Shown here: positions 59,359 through 64,000 of the stretch, piece after piece
How positions within the stretch are numbered: the first letter of the stretch is position 1
Layout of the letters: the number at the start of each line of letters is the position of its first letter
Assembly: GCA_963666285.1 (NCBI GenBank)
Contig: OY762711.1
Strand: one strand, 5' to 3'
DNA: 64,000 bases
Source: Sedimentisphaerales bacterium
GTDB taxonomy: Bacteria; Planctomycetota; Phycisphaerae; Sedimentisphaerales; SM23-30
Made by a program: the position numbers and the translations under genes
The notes under the pieces: generated by a model
What the model was told of the DNA's origin: nothing
The model's input: the letters and a program-made list of their open reading frames with translations, nothing else
Database searches by the model: none

Positions 59359-62166
59359 ATGAAAAAGGCATTGTTTGTTATTGCCGCGCTCGTGGGATTA
59401 TTTACTATTGAACTATCGGCTTATGAGTTCAAGGCCGGTGACTATGTCGTTATGGAATACGACGGCTACCAGATGCGGATAGATGTTGAAAAATATAATA
59501 AGAAGGTAAACGGATTTTCGGCACTCAGGTTAATTAATGAAGAAGATTATTACGGCGGCGGCAGCTATGTAGCGAAAGTTTCAGGTATCGGCTGGGCTTC
59601 TGTTGGAACAGATGTTCACGATGCAATGACCAGTGAGTACCTGGGAATAGAATATTATTACCCGCCCTGCCCTTATGACGGCGAAATAGAATACGGTGAT
59701 GAGGTTGGCACCAAAACCGAATGGAGAGGATATTTATGCCTGGATGGAGAAGAGCCAGAGGATTATGACCGGACAGTATGGGAAGTAGTAGGCTACGAGG
59801 ATGTGAGTGTGCCGTATGGCGACTTTACCAATGCAATGAAAGTGTTAATAAAAGAATATTACTCTTATGACTATTATGATGAAGACCTGGACCCATATGA
59901 TATCGCCGAGGATGACTGGGAACTATCAGAATCCTGTTCGACCTATGAATGGATTGTGCCGACGGTTGGTACCGTTCAGATATCCGACTATGAATATTAC
60001 GGCGAGGAAGGACCTTACCCGACAGAACTGGTAAGCTGCAAGATAAACGGTAAGACAAACCCGGAACCCGAAGAGCCTGCAGGTCCGGCGGAGTTGTCAC
60101 TGAACATGACAGGTAAGAAGATACCGACATCGGTTTTGTCAGGGACAGAGACCAAGCTTCAATTCCAGGTGGAAATAACCAATGACGGCGGCAGCAGCTG
60201 CGAGAAAGGCGAGACGGTAGATTTGTACTTTTACGCGGAAAATGTTGCTACCGCAGCACAGAGAGCCCTTGGCAGTGTCGAAGGATTTTCGATAAGCAAC
60301 CTGGCAGCGGGCAAGACAAAAAAAGCCAAAGGAACGTTAGTGCTGCCAAGCGATATGGAAGAAGGGACATTCATAATAATAGCAGTATGTGGCGACCTGG
60401 AAGCAGCTTACTATGAGTATATCACAGTTGAAGAAGGTAACGTAACCCTTTCATTGGAAGTGAGTAAATACAAAATACCACCATCAATAATAGCCGGTAC
60501 CTCATCAAAATGCAGCATCGACCTGATAGTGACAAATGACGGCAACCTTAGTACGGATAAGACTGATACTGAGACAATAGAGATTTATGCAGAGTCAAAG
60601 ACAAGTGACTATAGCGATGAGCTTAACTCGGTAGAGGCAAATATCGGCGGCATGAAGCCTGGTAAGAGCAAAAAAGTTAAACTGCCGGTGGAATTTCCCG
60701 CCGATCTGCCGGAAGATGATTATGAAATTGTGGTCTATTTTGGCGATACGAGCCTGATTGTAACTGAGGTATCGATAAGCGAACCTACGGTGGAGTTCGA
60801 AATCGAGTTGGAAAGTTCAGATATTCCATCGGCGATAGTGGCGGGAACAGATGTTGATTGCGAACTAAAGCTGAACGTTACTAATTGCGGCAATATATGT
60901 TCTGAGAAAGATGAAGCGTTAAATATTCAAGTAATTGCCAGGTCGGTAACAGACAGTTCTGAGCAGACACTTGTGTCAGAAGATGCAGGGGTGGGTAATT
61001 TTAAGCCGGGAAAAGGGAAAGGTATCAAGCTGCCGGTGGCATTTCCAGCTAATATGGCAGAAGGAAGCTATGACATAGTGGTAAGCTACGACGGAGAGGA
61101 ACTGGCAGTGACGACCGTCGGAATAAGTGAACCATATATCGAACTGACAGGCTCGACCGATGAAACCGACAGCCCGCCGGCGATTTTCGCAGGCCAGGCA
61201 GGCGGTGTAGAGATTGACCTGGAGATAACCAATAACGGCAACGACACAACCGCAAAAACACAGACAATAGATATTGCCGTGTATCTCAAACCGGAAAACG
61301 GAGATAATACCCTGCTGGAAACTCTGACCGGTCAGGATATCGGCGGACTGGCAGCGGGAAAGAGTACGAAATTGAAACTCGATGCCGATGTTCCGGCTAC
61401 CCTGGAAAGCGGCAGCTATCAGCTTGTGGTGCATATTGACAGCAGTAATGCGATATCGGAGAATAATGAAGATGACAACTGGCTAACAATCGACTTTGAG
61501 ATAATAATAATCGATAGTCTTGCAGATATAATGGAGCCGTCATTATCTGAAAGCTATGATTACTCAGCACTGGTAAAGGGTGACTATTTCTACGGTTCGG
61601 GCCAGGCTACTATCAACGGTGTTTTCTATGAAGAATTCGAATTTGATGATGATTCAGATGCTCATGATTATTCGCTGAGCTGGGAAGACGACGGTGTATA
61701 TTTTTACGAATACAGCATAGGCAGCGGCTATGCTCATTATTATTTTAGCACGGACGATGACATCCTGCTGACATCTAATGAACTGGCACTCAAAACAACA
61801 ATAAAATCAACTAAAACCGGGTATGTCGAACATCGTGTTTATGGTTTAGATTTTGACTTTGACGCAACCATAGTAAGTGAGTTTGAAATCGAAAAAATGG
61901 AAACAGTAAAAGTCAACGGCACAACATACCAGGCATATAAGATTAACTGGAGTTTCTCGATCAGCGGATCAGATATTCTGGATCTGACAGATTATGGCGA
62001 CAAGGCATATAATTATACAGATACATTTGAACAGAACATAACCTATTGGGCGGTTCCAGGTGTCGGCGTGGTCAAACAGACCTCGAAAGGCAAGTTAAAA
62101 CTAAGTATTAACGGTATGGGAACAGACAACTGGACCTTTGACTATACCAAGGAGCTGATACAGTAG
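59359..62166 (+). CDS. Large secreted acidic protein with four CARDB/Ig-like repeats
   Basis: Signal peptide; four [VI]TN.G....L..GK....K.....P.....G.Y.I repeats; IDSSNAISENNEDDN. Confidence 0.8.
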   Translation: MKKALFVIAALVGLFTIELSAYEFKAGDYVVMEYDGYQMRIDVEKYNKKVNGFSALRLINEEDYYGGGSYVAKVSGIGWASVGTDVHDAMTSEYLGIEYYYPPCPYDGEIEYGDEVGTKTEWRGYLCLDGEEPEDYDRTVWEVVGYEDVSVPYGDFTNAMKVLIKEYYSYDYYDEDLDPYDIAEDDWELSESCSTYEWIVPTVGTVQISDYEYYGEEGPYPTELVSCKINGKTNPEPEEPAGPAELSLNMTGKKIPTSVLSGTETKLQFQVEITNDGGSSCEKGETVDLYFYAENVATAAQRALGSVEGFSISNLAAGKTKKAKGTLVLPSDMEEGTFIIIAVCGDLEAAYYEYITVEEGNVTLSLEVSKYKIPPSIIAGTSSKCSIDLIVTNDGNLSTDKTDTETIEIYAESKTSDYSDELNSVEANIGGMKPGKSKKVKLPVEFPADLPEDDYEIVVYFGDTSLIVTEVSISEPTVEFEIELESSDIPSAIVAGTDVDCELKLNVTNCGNICSEKDEALNIQVIARSVTDSSEQTLVSEDAGVGNFKPGKGKGIKLPVAFPANMAEGSYDIVVSYDGEELAVTTVGISEPYIELTGSTDETDSPPAIFAGQAGGVEIDLEITNNGNDTTAKTQTIDIAVYLKPENGDNTLLETLTGQDIGGLAAGKSTKLKLDADVPATLESGSYQLVVHIDSSNAISENNEDDNWLTIDFEIIIIDSLADIMEPSLSESYDYSALVKGDYFYGSGQATINGVFYEEFEFDDDSDAHDYSLSWEDDGVYFYEYSIGSGYAHYYFSTDDDILLTSNELALKTTIKSTKTGYVEHRVYGLDFDFDATIVSEFEIEKMETVKVNGTTYQAYKINWSFSISGSDILDLTDYGDKAYNYTDTFEQNITYWAVPGVGVVKQTSKGKLKLSINGMGTDNWTFDYTKELIQ

Positions 62167-62611
62167 GATAAGACAGCAAATACCTGTATAAGGGATAAGG
62201 GATAAGTGGAAAGCCGCGTTGCGGCAAACTAACTTATTGTTAGCTGACGCATATGTTCGTTTAGTTTGAAACTGCTGTAATATTTAGATTTGCGATTGCT
62301 CATGAATGACATATGTAAAAACGATAGATAAAAAACAAGAATACGATGAATAGCAGTATAGAGCATATGAGAGGATAAACTCTTGTATGCTCTTTTTTTT
62401 TGAACTTTGCGGCAAAAGAGGCTGAATTTTTTTAGGTAGGTTTTAAATATGGATATTTTTTATACCAAAATACGAGTGTAGAATTGAGAATAAGACAAAC
62501 ATTAAAATTCTTAAAATATATCGTCGAAACGCCCTGTTTTTTCTTTGACCCTGCAATATGATATTTGGCATAATAGGAATATGTCTTCTTGATAAATTCT
62601 TATTATCATAA

Positions 62612-62794
62612 AGTGCGGTTTCGCACTTTTGACTGTTCAACATTACACGCAAAGGCCAGAACAGGGCCTTGTGAATGAAAAACTTTATATTTAAATGTAT
62701 TTCCGAGCTAATTCTCGAAAGTACATTTAATTCAAAGCGTTGCAGGAAGGCCCTTTTAGGCGATTTATGCAACTTAAAAACTGCGAAAGTAAAC
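62612..62794 (+). repeat. MITE-like family B, copy 3
   Basis: Homologous to 32836-33001 and 58866-59123. Confidence 0.85.
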
Positions 62795-62915
62795 TTAAAC
62801 AATTAGAGAGAAATACCAGACCAAACAGAAGGTACTGGCTTACCTGAAGAACGTGTACTGACAGAGAATATAGTAAGTAGTTAACGCATCAGTTTGAAAA
62901 GAAAAAGGGGTTAGA

Positions 62916-64000
62916 ATGAGTACAATCATAAGAACATGTTTGCAGGTTTGTATTTTTACAATGCTGATTACATCGCTTAGTTTTGCGGAGGTAATTGTAG
63001 ATACATTCGATGAATCGCATAATTATCTGACCGAGGGAGTAAGCGATACAATCTGGGACGGTTTTATCGGACAGGGAACCGGAGAGACTATAACGGAACT
63101 GAACGCATCGCAGACCGCATCAGGACAATTATACATATCGTCCCAAAACGGCAGATGGGAACCAGGCTGGGTAGATCTTGGCCCGTTTTTATATATAAAC
63201 GTTGAAGGCGATTTCAGCGCAACGGTACGAGTTGTCAGTGCCTCTGCGACAAACTGGAATACCGCCGGGCTGATGGCGCGAGCGGCAACAGACAGCGACG
63301 GTGGAGCGGGAGAGGATTTCGAATCGATAGAGTACTTTAAGGCGATCAGCCAGAATATGGCGAGAACGATTAATAACGGGAGCGAAAATGAGTTTGCCTT
63401 ATCGAGCGACTTTATGCCTTACCTGCGGCTACGCCGGGTAGGAAATGATTTCTATCATGAATACAGCAATGACGGCAGCAACTGGATAGCGATGAGCGGC
63501 TCGCCCATAAGCAGAACAGACCTGGACGGACTTAGCCTGCAGGTCGGCATCCACCATGCCACATATGTAGATACGCTGGGCTATTTCCAGTTTGACGACT
63601 TTGCCATTGAAGTTGAAGACCCAGACAACGAAGCACAGCTCGAGTCACCGGCTGACGGGGCAACAGGCCAGGCAGCTGACGTTACCCTGCAATGGACGGC
63701 AGGAGCTGCGATCGACCCCACCGGCGGGCATGACCTATATATAGGCCAGGATTATGACGAAGTAGAATCAGCAACTCGCAGCAGTCATCCGAACGTTGAT
63801 TATTACAGCCTGGACACAAATTACTATCAGCCGGGGAATCTTACCCCTGGAACAACATATTACTGGCGAGTAGATGAAGTTAATATGCCGGATATCTGGA
63901 AAGGCCAGGTATGGAGCTTTTCGATACTGGGCAGCCAGTCGGCCGGAGCTATACCGGCTGACGGTTCAACCGGCGTGGAAATACTTTCGGTATTGAGCTG
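62916..64000 (+). CDS. Secreted planctomycete-type multidomain protein (concanavalin-like domain plus Fn3-like modules), runs off the window
   Basis: Not in the ORF track. MSTIIRTCLQVCIFTMLITSLSFA signal; GDFSATVRV..WNTAGLMARA; PADGATGQ..VTLQW..HDLYIG..TYYWRVDEV. Confidence 0.8.
   Translation, partial: MSTIIRTCLQVCIFTMLITSLSFAEVIVDTFDESHNYLTEGVSDTIWDGFIGQGTGETITELNASQTASGQLYISSQNGRWEPGWVDLGPFLYINVEGDFSATVRVVSASATNWNTAGLMARAATDSDGGAGEDFESIEYFKAISQNMARTINNGSENEFALSSDFMPYLRLRRVGNDFYHEYSNDGSNWIAMSGSPISRTDLDGLSLQVGIHHATYVDTLGYFQFDDFAIEVEDPDNEAQLESPADGATGQAADVTLQWTAGAAIDPTGGHDLYIGQDYDEVESATRSSHPNVDYYSLDTNYYQPGNLTPGTTYYWRVDEVNMPDIWKGQVWSFSILGSQSAGAIPADGSTGVEILSVLS

Noticed and set aside
62443..62802. 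ORFs 62443-62802, 58674-58946, 58986-59177 and 32833-33120
   Set aside because: They overlap family B repeats, and their frames are not conserved between copies.

Overview
Bacterial chromosomal window, probably a Phycisphaerae/Sedimentisphaerales-type planctomycete. This is inferred from secreted proteins with 'D.N.DG.VNL.D....A..WL' dockerin-like motifs and 'P.DGA....L.W....YYWRVDE' modules. Contents: (i) secreted enzyme/adhesin genes at both ends; (ii) a ~25 kb minus-strand polysaccharide/glycosylation cluster (22.3-47.4 kb: fnlABC, wzx, wzy, several glycosyltransferases, manC, epimerases, a DUF2723 GT-C protein and a decaprenyl-phosphate phosphoribosyltransferase); (iii) two accessory zones (5.7-20.2 kb and 48.6-59.1 kb) with orphan Rhs toxin fragments, immunity-like genes, four IS elements (IS110/IS1111-type, two IS3, IS256) and a family of modular intergenic repeats. 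Most notable results: the IS110-family element sits in a 9-mer repeat module whose empty allele is also in the window. Its 3' non-coding region folds into a stem/internal loop carrying matches to both strands of that target, i.e. a readable bridge/seek-RNA target loop, and its ends would form a TTGCAT-N17-TACAAT promoter on circularisation. There are also non-coding (A/G)CGG arrays spaced 10-11 bp apart, a ~150-nt 3' module shared by the unrelated IS110 and IS256 elements, and two IS3 copies inserted at the same offset after heptamer runs. No rRNA, tRNA or CRISPR array was recognised. All alignments were done by eye.
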